The notes: generated by a model from the sequence alone, not told the origin. Counted from the first letter of the whole stretch, positions 10,711 to 24,904 are shown. The stretch: 63,904 nucleotides of DNA, filler included, from Octopus bimaculoides (GCF_001194135.2; 3 parts of 2 records of this genome joined end to end with filler, not necessarily neighbours in it); one strand, 5' to 3'. Numbers and translations: made by a program.

Positions 10711-10868
10711 GTAGTTGTATGCTGTCAACTTAATGTGACAGTCCTATGAAGGGAATAATACTACTGCTATTTAGCCCTAGGAAGCAGCACCACTTCCTGT
10801 CGGACTTGACACATTTCCTACTCCAGACTGATGATGAGCAAAGACTTAGAAACACATCTCTGGATGCA
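10711..10868. mobile_element. Second copy of the same element, with an inverted hammerhead segment
   Basis: 10711-10819 is collinear with 10357-10467; 10819-10868 is the reverse complement of about 10517-10567. Confidence 0.7.
10822..10864 (+). ncRNA. Degenerate type I hammerhead ribozyme motif (inverted copy)
   Basis: UCCAGA-CUGAUGA-ugagcaaagacuua-GAAA-CAC-AUC-UCUGGA; core and stem I intact, the stem III C-G pair is lost. Confidence 0.6.
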
Positions 10869-10869
10869 G

Positions 10870-11465
10870 CACCACCATTAGTCGAACAATCGAACCCAGG
10901 ACTTGTTCTTTGTAAGCTTTGTACTTATTCTATCAGTCTCTTTTGCCGAACCGCTAAGGTACGGGGATGTAAACACACAAACGTTGGTTGTCAATGGTGT
11001 GGAGACAAACGCAGACACACAAACATATACATATACATATATACATACAACGAGCTTCTTTCAGTTTCCATCTACCAAATCCACTCACAAGGCTTTGGTC
11101 GGCCTGAGGCTATAGTAGAAGACACTTGCCCAAGGTGCTATGCAGTGAAACTGAACTTGGAACCATGTGGTTGGTAAGCAAGCCACTTACCACACAGCCA
11201 CTCCTGTGCCTATAATATATGTGTGTATATATATATATATACTCTTTACTCTTTTACTCTTTTACTTGTTTCAGTCATTTGACTGTGGTCATGCTGGAGC
11301 ACCACCTTTTAGTCGAGCAAATCGACCGCAATACTTATTCTTTGTAAGCCTAGTACTTATTCTATCGGTCTATCTTTTGCCGAACCACTAAGTTACGGAG
11401 ACGTAAACACAACAGCATCGGTTGTCAAGCGATGTTGGGAGGACAAACACTGAGACACACACATA

Positions 11466-11511
<46 letters not shown>

Positions 11512-11680
11512 CATATATACGACGGGCTTCTCTCAGTTTCCGTCTACCAAATCCACTCACAAGGCTTTGGTCGGCCCGAGGCTATAGTTCAAGACACTTG
11601 CACAAAGTGCCATGCAGTGAGACTGAACTCAGAACCATGTGGTTCGTAAGCAAGATACTTACCACACAGCCACTCCTACG
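10870..11680 (-). mobile_element. Two head-to-tail family B SINEs (about 10870-11210 and 11245-11680)
   Basis: Each has a tRNA-like head, a central (TA)/(TG) microsatellite and the conserved tail gtttgtccccccaacatcgcttgacaaccgatg...gtcaaatgactgaaacaagtaaaag. Confidence 0.85.
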
Positions 11681-11692
11681 CCTATATATATG

Positions 11693-11731
<39 letters not shown>

Positions 11732-12220
11732 AGCTATATTTATATATATATATATATTTATAGTTATATCTATATATATATCATCATTGTTGTTTAATGT
11801 CTGCTTTCCATGCTAGCATGGGTTGGACGATTTGACTGAGGACTGGTGAAACCAGATGGCTACACCAGGCTCCAATCTGATTTGGCAGAGTTTCTACAGC
11901 TGGATGCCCTTCCTAACGCCAACGACTCCGAGAGTGTAGTGGGTGCTTTTATGTGCCACCGGCATGAAGGCCAGTCAGGCGGTACTGGCAACAGCCACGC
12001 TCAAAATGGTGTATTTTACGTGCCACCTGCACAGGAGCCAGTTCGGCGACACTGGCAACGATCTTGCTCAGATGTCTTTACACGTGCTATCCGGCACAAG
12101 TGCCAGGAAGGCGATGCTGGACACAGGTGCCATGACGATTTCGCTTTCACTTGCCCCAATAGGTCTTTGCAAGCCGAGTTTCGTGTCCAATGAAGGAGAC
12201 GACGTTGGCATGGGTGCCAG

Positions 12221-12257
<37 letters not shown>

Positions 12258-14165
12258 NNNNNNNNNNNNNNNNNNNNNNNNNNNNNNNNNNNNNNNNNNN
12301 NNNNNNNNNNNNNNNNNNNNNNNNNNNNNNNNNNNNNNNNNNNNNNNNNNNNNNNNNNNNNNNNNNNNNNNNNNNNNNNNNNNNNNNNNNNNNNNNNNNN
12401 NNNNNNNNNNNNNNNNNNNNNNNNNNNNNNNNNNNNNNNNNNNNNNNNNNNNNNNNNNNNNNNNNNNNNNNNNNNNNNNNNNNNNNNNNNNNNNNNNNNN
12501 NNNNNNNNNNNNNNNNNNNNNNNNNNNNNNNNNNNNNNNNNNNNNNNNNNTATGTATGTATGTATGTATGTATGTATGTATGTATGCATGTATGTATGTA
12601 TGTATGTATGTATGTATGTATGTATGTATGACAGGCTTCTTTCAGTTTCCGTCTACCAAATCCACTCACAAAGCATTGGTCGGCCTGAGGTTATAGTAGA
12701 AGAAACTTGCCAAAGGTACCACACAGTGGAACTGAACCCTGAACCTTGTGGCTGGGAGGCAAGTTGCTTACCACACAGTCAACATTGACCAAATATAGTT
12801 GGGAAAATGAAATAAAAAAAAAAAGTGTGTTTTGAAAGCAAACAGCCAAAGGAAAGTTACCGGATCTGAATATGTGATATAAAATAATAGCTTATTTTTG
12901 GACTACATTTAGAAATAGTAACTTTCCAGGATGTTGGCTTTGCTTGTTTTGGGGTTTTCTGTTGTATTAACGTTTTTTTTTTCCTCTTTTTTATTCTTTA
13001 TTTTGTATTTCTGTATAAATTACATTTCCATCAATCAGTCTAGTCTTTGATTGTATCCAGAACACACACGCACCCACACACACACCCACACACACGCGCG
13101 CGCACACACACGCACACACGCGCACATACACACACACATAAAATGTACACTTGCACACTCACACACAAAGCGCACACATGTACACACACACACACATTCA
13201 CACACATACAAATGTTGGTTTATAAATAAAAATCGATTTTTATATTAATCTAACACTGATAAGGCGGTGAGCTGGCAGAATCGTTAGCATGCTGGGCGAA
13301 ATGCTTAACGGTATTTCGTCTGTCTTTACATTCTAAGTTCAAATTCCACTGCGGTCAACTTTGCTTTTCATCCTTTCGGGGTCGATAGATTAAGAACCAA
13401 TTGTGTACTAGGGCCGATCTAATCAACTGGCCACCTCCCCAAAAATGTTGGGCCTTGTGCCTAGAGTAGAAAAGAATATTAATCTGATGATGGCTTAACT
13501 GGTTGTAACTTTGAGATCACTATTAACAATAATTCTTGCTTAACCTCTAGCATTCAAATTACTCTGTCAAATGTAATGCTTGCTTATTTATATTGTTTTG
13601 AATTAATCATGCATTATCCTGTAGCTTAGAGATTTTAATGATATATATATGTGTGTGTGTATATATGTGTGTGTGTATATATGTGTGTGTGTACATATGT
13701 GTGTGTGTATATATGTGTGTGTATATATGTGTGTGTGTATATATATATATATAAATATATAGTTTTAGAGCAAAGAACCAAAGTTCATGAACTGATCCAT
13801 GAAAATCCACAGTCACATATAGAAAAATTAATAAGTAAAAGCACGATAAATAAGTATAATATATTACAAAGTAAATATCATAAGATAAAGATAATAAACT
13901 GACTACATGTGTTTCATGACCAAATTTTCAAATAGAAAATAAAAAATATTCAAATCAATTAAAACGATCGAAAATCAATTCTAGTCAAAAATATAGCTAA
14001 TCTTCAGGTCAAAATACAACAATAATAATAATAAAAGAATGTATATATCAACCAACAATAAATAACAAATGAATGTATATAAAAATGCTTATTATATTAA
14101 GATAGAAAAATACTATTAAAGGTATCAAAAATTATAAATTATAAACGTGCCATAATTACCTAGTG

Positions 14166-14460
14166 AAGGCAAATGGCTCAGTGGCTAGAGTTCACAATCA
14201 TGAGGTAGTAAGTTCAATTCCCAGACTGGGCTGTATGTTGTGTTCTTCAGCAAGACACTTTATTTCACATTGCTCCAGTTCACTCAGTTGAAGAAATGAA
14301 TTGTGATATTACTGATGCCAAGCTGTATTGACCTTTGCCTTTCTCTTGGACAACAACGGTGGCATGGAGAGGAGAGGCTGGTATGCATGGGTGACTGCTG
14401 GTCTTCCTGGGGGAAACTTTGTAAGTACAATCCCATTGTCATTCATGACCGAAGTGGGTC
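14166..14460 (+). mobile_element. CORE-type SINE, family E (tail Y)
   Basis: A box tggctcagtgg, B box gttcaattcc, CORE-like gtgttcttcagcaagacactttatttcac; paralogue at 18967-19302(+). Confidence 0.8.
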
Positions 14461-15478
14461 TTTACACTTAATCCCACCCAATTCCATATTGAACTGTTCG
14501 TATTCTTGCTTTGAGTGTTCGTATATTGTTGGACTTGTGAGTCTAAGAACATATCAGATATTGACCAGCTTATGGCTGCCTGATGGTCTGGGAGGTTTTT
14601 GTATTGTAATGATTTGCATAACCTTATGAATGTTGCATAACCTTATGAGTGTTGCATGTCTTATATAAACGTCTTAATGAAACATCATTGCAAAACCACA
14701 TAATTCACCGGTTTTTTTTATATTACACACACACACACCCACATGCACACGCTGATACACACAGATGCATGCACAGACACACAAACACACACACACATGC
14801 ATGCATGCACATACACAGAGTGACACACATACATACACATACGACTCATACACACAGACACACATACACCACTCACATACACAGACACACACCACATGCA
14901 TGCACACACACACACCACACACACATACACACACATCAAACACACACCACATACACACACACTCACACACACACACACACACACACNNNNNNNNNNTTTT
15001 TTCTCTTTCATTCTTTCTCCAATGAAGAGAGAAATTTCAATGAATAGTTTCTGTGTGTGTGAGATCGTCATCATCATCATCATCGTTTAACGTCTGCCTT
15101 CCATGCTAGCATGGGTGGGATGGTTTCACAAGAGCCAGCCAAGCAGAAGTAAGTCTGCACCAGACTGTTTTGTGACTGTTTTTGCAGGATTTGTGTGTGT
15201 GTGTACATATCTGTGTATCTGTGTGTATCTATGTGCATGCATGTGTATGTGCAGATACACATGCATGTGTGTGTGTAGGTATATGTATGCATGTGCTTGT
15301 GTGTGTGTGTGTGTATCTGCGTGCACTGAGTATTCAGTACATCAGGCTTTGACTTATTTTCCCCCAAATTCATGCCACTGACCTATTTGAGCAATCTCCT
15401 TCAGCTTCTTCACATCTTTTTTTTTCTACTTAGATTCCATATTCCACAAACTGACATGCCAATAACCATTATACTTCT

Positions 15479-15921
15479 AAGGAAGCGATCTGGCAGAATC
15501 GTTAGTACGTCAGGCAAAATGCTTAGCGGTATTTCATCTGTCTTTACATTCTGAGTTCAAATTCCACTGAGGTCGACTTTGCCTTTCATCCTTTCGGGGT
15601 CGATAAATTAAGTACCAGTTGCATTCTGGGGTCGATCTTATTGACTGACCCCCTCCCCCAAAATTTTGGGTCTTGTACCTAGAGTAGAAAGGAATATTCA
15701 AGGCAGCGAGCTGGCAAAATCATTAGCACACCAGGTGAAATGCTTAGCGGTATTTTATCTGCCATTACGTTCTGACTTCAAATTTCGCCGAGGTCAACTT
15801 TGTCTTTCATCCTTTTGGGAGGGTCATTGAATTAAGTACCAGTTGCATACTGGGGTCGATCTAATCAACTGGTCCCCTTCCCCAAAATTTCAGGCCTTGT
15901 GCCTAGAGTAGAAAAGAAATG
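15479..15921 (+). mobile_element. Tandem dimer of family A SINEs inside one target-site duplication
   Basis: Monomers at about 15479-15698 and 15700-15921; flanking repeat aataaccatt(a/g)tacttct at 15461-15478 and 15922-15939. Confidence 0.85.
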
Positions 15922-16691
15922 AATAACCATTGTACTTCTGCTTTTTCATAAATGAATTTTACTCCAAATTTTGATACTCGGTCTAGCTAACTTCTTTCTG
16001 CTCCAGTTCTTTCTGCTACTTCTGTATGACAAAACTAATAGCATGTTTTTCAATATATAGTCATTTAGAATCACACCAGCATAAAAGATATTTTCATTGA
16101 AGTATTGAAAGCAATATCTCAATTTCCTGTATTCTGCAAAAGTGTAATTAAAAGCAATGTGTTCACAGACAAAAGAAGGTGGGATTATTTCAGTTATAAA
16201 GTTGTAAGATATATGTAGAACATAAATATGGCTACTGTTGCAACCAATAAATGAGACATTATACAGTATGGAATTTTCTCTGAATTCGCTTTTTAGATTA
16301 AATTTTCTCCAAAAGATGCCTTACTTTACATCAAGTAAAATTTGATTCAAATTTATATAGATGATAATTTTCACTTTTGAGTTCAGGAATTGGTGTTAGA
16401 AAGGATATAATTTTGCAAAATAAAAGTCCCAATGCAATATATGCCTTGCAGGAAGACGAAACCTAGACAAGTGTGTGCATATATATGTACACACACACAC
16501 ACACATATCAGGCACATGCCATCAATAATTACTCAGGGTAGGTAGTTGGTGACACTTATGTAGTAAAACACAAAAAATAAGCGAAACACAGGCATGTGAC
16601 TGAGTTGAAGGCAGATTTACTTCTGCCTTTATAGCACACAAAGAAAACATTGTTGTAGTAATGTACGCAGCACGTGCACTACAGCAGTAGT

Positions 16692-17078
16692 GGAGGTGCA
16701 ATGGCCCAGTGGTTAGGGCAGCAGACTCGCGGTTGTAGGATCGCGGTTTCGATTCCAAGACCGGGCGTTGTGAGCGTTTATTGAGCAAAAACACCTAAAG
16801 CTCCACGAGGCTCCGCGGGGGATAGTGGTGAACCCTGCTGTACTCTTCCACCACAACTTTCTCTCACTCTTACTACCTGTTTCTGTTGTGCCTGTAATTC
16901 AAAGGGTCAGCCTTGTCACACTGTGTCCCGCTGAATATCCCCGAGAACTACATTAAGGGTACCTGTGTCTGTGGAGTGCTCAGCTACTTTCAGGTTAATT
17001 TCAGGAACAGGCTGTTCCATTGATCGGATTAACTGGAACCCTCGACGTCATAAGTGACGGAGTGCCAACAACAACAAC
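16692..17078 (+). mobile_element. tRNA-derived SINE, family D
   Basis: Collinear with 2269-2630; ends ggagtgccaacaacaacaac. Confidence 0.85.
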
Positions 17079-17773
17079 AGCAGTATTATGCATAGTTTAA
17101 CTACTGAGATTGAAAGACAAGGGTGAATTATGCCCACCTAATCTACAAAAAAAGTAAAATATTTTGCATTTTATGCATTAATAATCAGTATAACCTTTAT
17201 AATTTTATTGAATTAGGTATATATTTTGCCATAGAAGGAAAATGTTGCTATTGATCTATTTTATTCAAGGTAGGCACTGCCCACCTTCCCTACCTAGGCA
17301 TCACGTCCCTGGTCGAAGCCTTACATACATAACTATAGACAACTGTTTGAGACTCCTAGGTCACTGGTCAAAATTGGGACTGACCTTGGGTGAAGCAACA
17401 ACAACAGAGATCAGGGATTATATAGTCAAGTGAAATTGTAGTCATGGCCATTGTCGGTGTCATGTAAAAGGCACCTACTACGCTCTTGGAGTGGTTGGCA
17501 TTAGGAAAGGCATCCAGTCAAAGAAACCAGCCAAATCAGACTGGAACATGGTGCGGCTCTCCAGCTTACCTGTTTCCATCAAATTGTGTAACCCATGCTG
17601 GCATTGAAAGCAGATGTTAAATGATGATGATGATGGTGATGATGATGATGAAATATGTGTGTGTGTCGGTGTATACATATGTGTGGATGTATCAGTATAT
17701 ATAAACATGTGTGTGTGTTTGTGTGCGTGCATGTGTGCATCAGCATGGCCACAGCTCTGAGCTGAAACTACAG

Positions 17774-17822
<49 letters not shown>

Positions 17823-18117
17823 TGTAAAATATATATAGGGTAGCGAATATATTTAGAAATTTCACTACCAGTAGCCTAGCATGTATAAAAACTCAATAGA
17901 CAACGTATTCTCAATATAAAATAGTGTACATTTAAACACAAGAAAAACTACCTTTAATAAGTAATTTTACATGCTAGAAGAAGCAGTCAAAACGACCAAA
18001 ACCACATTTAAGAGTAATTTGAAAGGGAATNNNNNNNNNNNNNNNNNNNNNNNNNNNNNNAAACTTTTACTTTGTTATTTTTTTACGGTTACACCTAGGT
18101 TTCAAATTTTTTTAGCA

Positions 18118-18155
<38 letters not shown>

Positions 18156-18932
18156 GAGAGAGAGAGAGAGAGAGAAAGAGAAAGAGAGAGATAGAAAGAG
18201 AAAGAGAGAGAGAGACACACACACACACACATGCATGTATGCATGCATGCATACACACACACACAAAACATTCCATATATATTTTTGTTAACTAGGCAAA
18301 TGACACTTGTCTTGGATAAATTTGTGGTATTGATTCCAAAACCCCTATCAGTTTGAGGTTATGATGTGTATTTCACCAAATCCTGCTGTGAAAGGGAAAA
18401 ACATTGGTTCAACCCTAGGAACCCATCGTAACCTAATCTTCTAATATCCTGCTGTCTGCTATAAACATCAGCTCTGTTCCAAAGTACATAGTTTCTGTCT
18501 TCATGTTCTTTTTTTACCTTATTGCTCTGCATTTTTATTATCAGGTATACGTTTACAAGCAGTCTGAATATTTCTATCAGATAATATTTTTCTCGTTTTA
18601 CATTTTCTAATTCTGGCAATTCAGAATGAAAAATGAAACACCTTCTTTTCTACTTTCAAAAAAATACCTATTTTTGTTTTATATTGCCCTGTTTACTCAT
18701 TATGAAGTATATTTTAATTGCTTAACCCATTCAAGGCTATAATTCAACTAAAAGTATTATTTATAAACTATATATATGTATATACATATGAACTATATGC
18801 TTAATATATACCTATTGCTTTAAGGGAATTTCATTCCCCTATAATACTAGGTATTGAACCAGTATTCCTTTGGATGCAACTATCCCTTTACGAGGTTAAC
18901 ATATCCTCTAAATAAATCTCTCTCTATATATA

Positions 18933-18966
<34 letters not shown>

Positions 18967-19302
18967 AAGGTGCATGGCTCAGTGGTTAGGGCGTCAGGTT
19001 CACAATCATGAGGTCATGAGTTCGATTCCCATTTCGGGCTCTGTGTTGTGTTCTTGAGCAAGACACTTTATTTCATGTTATGCCAGTTTACTCAGCTGTA
19101 GAAATGAGTTTCAGCATCACTGGTGCCAAGCTGTATCAGCCTTCGCCTTTTCCTTGGATAACATCGATGCTGTGAAGAAGGGAGGCCGGTATTCATGGGT
19201 GACTGCTAGTCTTCCACAAACAACCTTGGCCAGACTTGTGCCTCGGAGAACTTTCTAGATGCACTCTCATGGTCATTCATGACTGAACAGCGTCTTTACC
19301 CT
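18967..19302 (+). mobile_element. CORE-type SINE, family E
   Basis: Collinear with 14166-14460. Confidence 0.8.
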
Positions 19303-20160
19303 CATATACATACATATCCAAATATATATATATATATTGTTGATTGGATCTCCTGTGAGTTAACTCAGGGTTTCCTAACGACAATGTAAACTTCATGTAA
19401 TCAAGCTATGCTTGGCCTGAAGAGTAGCTTGCAGTCTACCCCTTGCTTGGATAATTACTACTTCCGAGGAGTAATTTTGGGATATTTATTTGATATGCAA
19501 CAATCCTCATTGCTAACCATGAGCTATAAAATAACCTTTTTTCTGTTTATCGTACTTCGATACGGATAAAAAATTTACAATCTCCTGCACCAGTTAAACT
19601 TTTATTATTCCTGAAAGTTGATTTTTATATCTTCTATGGACTGCTTGAAGCTCACTATCTTCCTACGCTTTGATCCTTGGATTTTATATATCTATATATC
19701 ATCATCATCATCATCTTCATCGTCGTTTAATGTCTGCCTTCCATGCTGGCATGGGTTGGATAATTTGACAGGACCTGGCCAGGGAGGAGCCTGTAACCAA
19801 ACTTTTGTGCCTGTTTTGGCAGGGAGTATTTTTACAGCTGGATGCTCTTCCTAACACCAACCACCCAGCAGAGGAGACTGAGTACTTTTTACGTGGCACC
19901 AGCACAAGCAAGGTCAGTTTTGCCATGGTCTTTACAGTTGGATGCCTTTCCAAATGCCAACCACTTCACAGTGTGAGCTGGATGCGTTTTATGTGGCACC
20001 AGGACTGGCAGGGTCATCAAGTAACTTGCAAGACAAAGATTCTTTGAGAGAGGAGGGGGGCATTGGAAGAAGTGATCTTGTATCAGACGATGAAAGGTTA
20101 GAGTGAGACAGAGGGATAGAAACAGGTGTCTTGCTGTAGGGGAGGTACATGGTTACCTAG

Positions 20161-20218
<58 letters not shown>

Positions 20219-21104
20219 GAGGACAAAAACAGATGCGCAGCTGTAAAGGAGATACATGGTTACCCAACCTGAGGGAAGAGCAGAAGGAGAGAAAGGTGAG
20301 AGACAGAAGGAGTGAAAGAGAAAGCAGGAGAGAAATGGTGGCAAAATACTGGGCATACTCATAAGGGATGAGGATCAGAATATAAATGGGGTGGTCTAGT
20401 AAAAGGAGAGATGGTGGCTATTATGTAAAAGTGTTGTAAGTCCAAAACGTTGCTTTTTCACAAAATGGAAAAATAGTTTCACCATTCCATCTCTTTTTAC
20501 ATTAGCAACAGTTTCAGCTAAAACAATAATACTTTTTTGGACACATAAAATCGTATCTCCATGCATGTATGATATTTTCAGTCAGAAATATTATTATTAT
20601 TATGATGATGACGATGACGATGAAGACGACAATGATGACGGCAACGACGATGATGACGATGGTGATGACAATGACGAGGAGGAGGACAATGTGCTAAAGT
20701 AAAGGTACAACATATGGTTTATGATGATGGTCTGAAAGGCTTACAATTGGATTCAGTACAACAGACTATCATCCAGATTGCCCACTTCTTGCTTGAAAAT
20801 GTATCGAAAAGTTTGATTAAATATTTATAGAGAAGAAATGACAAATATATTTTAGTTCTTAGAAGATAACTTGTTAATGTGATGTTGAATGCAGCTGCTG
20901 TTTTAGTTCTTTACAACTGGCTGGAATATAAGATTCCTGGAAAAGAAAATATAAAAATTATTAGGTTTATATACTTGTTTTACAAGATTCTTGATGTGAA
21001 CTTGTGTGCTGAAACAGATATTGTTATATTTGGGGATGATCATTTTGCCAATAAACACACACACTATATATATATTTGATCTTCACTTTAGCTTTATCAT
21101 TATC

Positions 21105-21357
21105 GCAGCGTGGAAGGTGTTTCTAAGCCATTTAAAATAACACACAAAAACCGTTAGAGCACAGAATTTTGTCAGTGAACAGGTCGCGGTCTCAAAGCGA
21201 TGAAAATATTTTGACAAATTAAATTTACATGTTGAAGTGAATCTAACGGTTTTTGTGTGTGATTTTAAATGGCTTATAAACACCTTCCATGCTGCAATTG
21301 TTTTCGTTCCAGCACACGATCTCAGATCAGGTCACTTGCTATGCAAGTACATCTCCG
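21105..21357. mobile_element. Tc1/mariner-type MITE, left end truncated
   Basis: 54-bp inverted repeat (21105-21158 vs 21242-21295, about 3 mismatches); the right arm continues to ...catctccg followed by TA. Confidence 0.6.
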
Positions 21358-21414
21358 TAATTTATCATTATTATTATTCATTTATTAAGGTGGTGAGTTG
21401 GTAGAATTGTTAAA

Positions 21415-22568
21415 ATGAGGAAGAAATCTAAAATTCCATTAGTGAAGCGAACGCCGATTGAAATTTTTAAAAAAGTGGAGAACAAAGTGAGGGAGATAGC
21501 AACTGGTTTGTCTGTATATCCATCAATGGTTTCAAGAACTCTGAAAAGAATTGAAGAAACTGGAAATTATTCAATTACTCAGGAAGGCCAAAAGTAATAA
21601 CACCACAAACTGATCCTTTTATTCACTGCTTTGCAAGAGCAAATCTTTTCTCCTCTCCAAGTGAGAAACAAGCACAGTTATCAACAAATAATAACAATAA
21701 TGAAACATCAAGTCAATCAATGATTAAAGATCATTTGGTAACAGATTTTAAGCTGAGAGTAAACCAGCAAAAATTAAAAAAACCTTAGTTGAACAAGAAA
21801 AATATTCAAGATCAAATAAAATTTTGTGAAAGATATGAGCATTGGACACCAATTGAATGGAGCAAAGTAATGTTTACTGACGAAGCATTCATTTCTCAAT
21901 ACCAAAGTTATCAACCTCAAGTAAAAAGACTAAGTGGTAAAGTGTCTGAATGAAAGGTATACATAATAAAAATCTATTCTTTATGCATCTACAGTTATGA
22001 TTTAGGGGGGCTATTTCAGACCAGGGCAGATGTGGGTTACATTTTGTGCCCTGAAGATCAACATTAGAAGCAAAAGATTATCTAGAAATTTTACAGGAAT
22101 AAGTGCCAAGATTTATTATAGTTAGAAATTGCTCAATCATGCAACAAGATGGTGCTTCAATCCATTCGGCAATGATGGTTAAAGAATGGGTTTAAGAACA
22201 ACAGTTTTACCTCTTACAGGAATGGCCAGGAAACTCTCGATTAAATTGCATTGAAAATTATTGGAATTTCCTTAAGAAAATGCTTCAACAAAAGCAACCA
22301 TCAAATTACCACAAAATGGTGGAGAGTTAAAGAAAATAAGGATGACTGAAATAACACCAGAATATTGCCAGAAGCTCATGGAATCCATGTCATTGAGAAT
22401 AAGAAGATGTCTGAAAGCAAATGGTTCATATATTAATTACCAATTGTTCATTTATTTATTATTTATTGCTATTTTTTTGTTTGTTTGAGGTCTTAATTTT
22501 AATGCAATAAAGTGATGTTTCATTGGTTAAAGAAAATTTTCTTTCTGTTAAACTTTCTTATAGCACTG
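21415..22568 (+). mobile_element. Decayed Tc1 (DD34E-type) transposon
   Basis: HTH REIATGLSVYPSMVSRTLKRIEETG, GRPKV, EWSKVMFTDE (about 21876), QQDGA (about 22142), NCIENYW (about 22250), KLMESMSLRIRRCLKANG; many stops and frameshifts; right TIR end ...ttatagcactg+TA at 22568. Confidence 0.9.
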
Positions 22569-23058
22569 TATGTATATATAAACATACATATACAAATATA
22601 TGCATAATCTTACACATATGTATGTATATGCGGATGAGAGTGTGAGTGTGTGTGAGAGAGAGAGCATGTGAGTGTATGTGTGAGAGAGAGTGTGTGTGTG
22701 AGAGTATGTGTGTGTGCGAGAGAGAGAGCGTGTGAGTATCATCATCATCATCATCATCGTTTAACGTCCGCTTTCCATGCTAGCATGGGTTGGACGATTT
22801 GACTGAGGACTGGTGAAACCGGATGGCAACACCAGGCTCCAATCTAAATTTGGCAGAGTTTCTACAGCTGGATGCCCTTCCTAATGCCAACCACTCAGAG
22901 AGTGTAGTAGGTGCTTTTACGTGTCACCTGCACGAAGGCCAGTCAGGCGATACTGGCAACGGCCACGCTCGAAATGGTGTCTCGAAATGGTGAGTATGTA
23001 TGTGAGAAAGAGTGTGTGTGTGAGAGAGAGTGTGTGTGTGAGAGAGTGTGTGTGTGAG

Positions 23059-23092
<34 letters not shown>

Positions 23093-23148
23093 CATGCACA
23101 TGCATGTGTGTGTATACACATACATGCATGTATGCTCACACAGTGTAT

Positions 23149-23238
<90 letters not shown>

Positions 23239-24904
23239 CTTGAGATTTTTTAAACTGGTAACATTGTCATTGTTTGGAATTCCAAAAGCCATGATACTTA
23301 AAAGTACTGAAATAATTTTGGATCTTGTCATCAAAGTTGATGCTGATGAAAGAGAAATGTCTGTAAGTATGGTATTATCATGTTGAAGCCATAAATATAA
23401 AAGAAAACGCATTTCAAGAAGATTTCTTTGAACAGAATTGCACCTTTAGCGATGGCTTTTGTGTATGGTGAAAAGATTATGGTTGGACAAAAGCATTAAG
23501 GTTTTGTAAAAATCTATAGTTGCAGGCATAGCTGTGTGGTCAAGGAGTTTGCTTCTCAACCACATGGTTTAGGTTCGACGCCATTGCATAGCACCTTAGA
23601 CAAGTGTCTTCAACAAAAGCTTGAAGTTGAAACGAGCCTTATGAGTGGATTTGATAGATGGAAATTTTACAGGATGTACTGGGTGCTTTTTCCATGGCAC
23701 TAATACAAGTGAGATTGCTATGTAGCAAGCAAGACAAAGATTCACATTGACTGAATGTGATTACAGTAGAGTGGGAAGTTGCTTGATGCTGGGTGATGAA
23801 AGGTCATATATTGAAGGAAAAGCCCAGAACAGTATTTGTCAAAAATGTGAAGGCTTATTTCTGTCTCCTTTCAGTACTTAATATTTCTGCTTTAAGCCTC
23901 ACTCCATTGTCTTCTCATATTTCATTTTATCCTCTTTCTGTTATTCCTATTCACTTTGCCTCAACCCTTCTGTTTCTTCTGGTGTTTCTCATTATTTTGC
24001 AGCATTTCTTATCACACTACATCTCTAATTCCTTATCTCTTGCTCCACCTTTCTTCTTTCTATCTCTCCTCTCTTAATCATGTTATTGCTTCCTTTCTCA
24101 TTCTTTTCTCCATCTCTCACTATATTTCACTGCTTGCTTACCTGTTTCCATGTCTCACATTCTCCTTATTTTCTTATTGCTTTATATCTATTTCTATTAC
24201 TATATATTTCTCCCACTCTGTTAATCTCCCACTTATCTATTTATATAGTAATATTCCTCTCTTTGTAGTACATCATTTCACTCTCTTCCACCGAATGCAA
24301 TACAGCCACTAGTTTCTTCTTCCACATTCTTGTCGTTTGAAAGAAAGAGGAAGCCAGCATAAAACAAAGCATGTGAATCTTGATATTTTGTGATATAGAT
24401 AATCAACACTAACTTAATAGTGAAAATGAACTACAGGCCCAATTATGGCATCTGAATTATACATTTATTGCTGTAGAGTGACAGCCTTATCAATTGCACC
24501 ACAAAGCATCTGTCAGTTCATCCTCTCAAATTGGATCTTATAGTTACTGGAGTACAATATGATCTTGAATATAACATGATCCTCCTCACTTTCTGCATCT
24601 AAAAGTCAGTAATAGATTTTACCATCTTCTCTGTCTTATACATTTAAGTAATATGCTGATGTTTTATGTTAAATTTCTGACACTATTCAAGAGTAAATAC
24701 AATATACATAATTTTTTAAGGTTATCTCTATGGATTTTTTACAGAAATTATAATCAACACTGATTTTGTTACAATGCTTTGTATCCGAGGTGCCTGATGT
24801 AAACAACAAAGAGATCAAAGATGGGTAATGTGCATATATGCCATAATAAACTACAGGGTATATTAAATGTTTTTATAAGTCAATACTTATATTGACTTTG
24901 TATG

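Noticed and set aside
11835-11860. CUGAGGA followed by cugg-ugaaa-ccag in family C copies
   Set aside because: GAAA lies in the loop of the hairpin instead of after stem II, so the topology is wrong for a hammerhead.
13895-13925. 3' half-hammerhead signatures on the minus strand (GAAACACAUGUA here, GAAACAAUUGUA near 50460-50480)
   Set aside because: No CUGANGA or stem II upstream; at most decayed Penelope-like ends.
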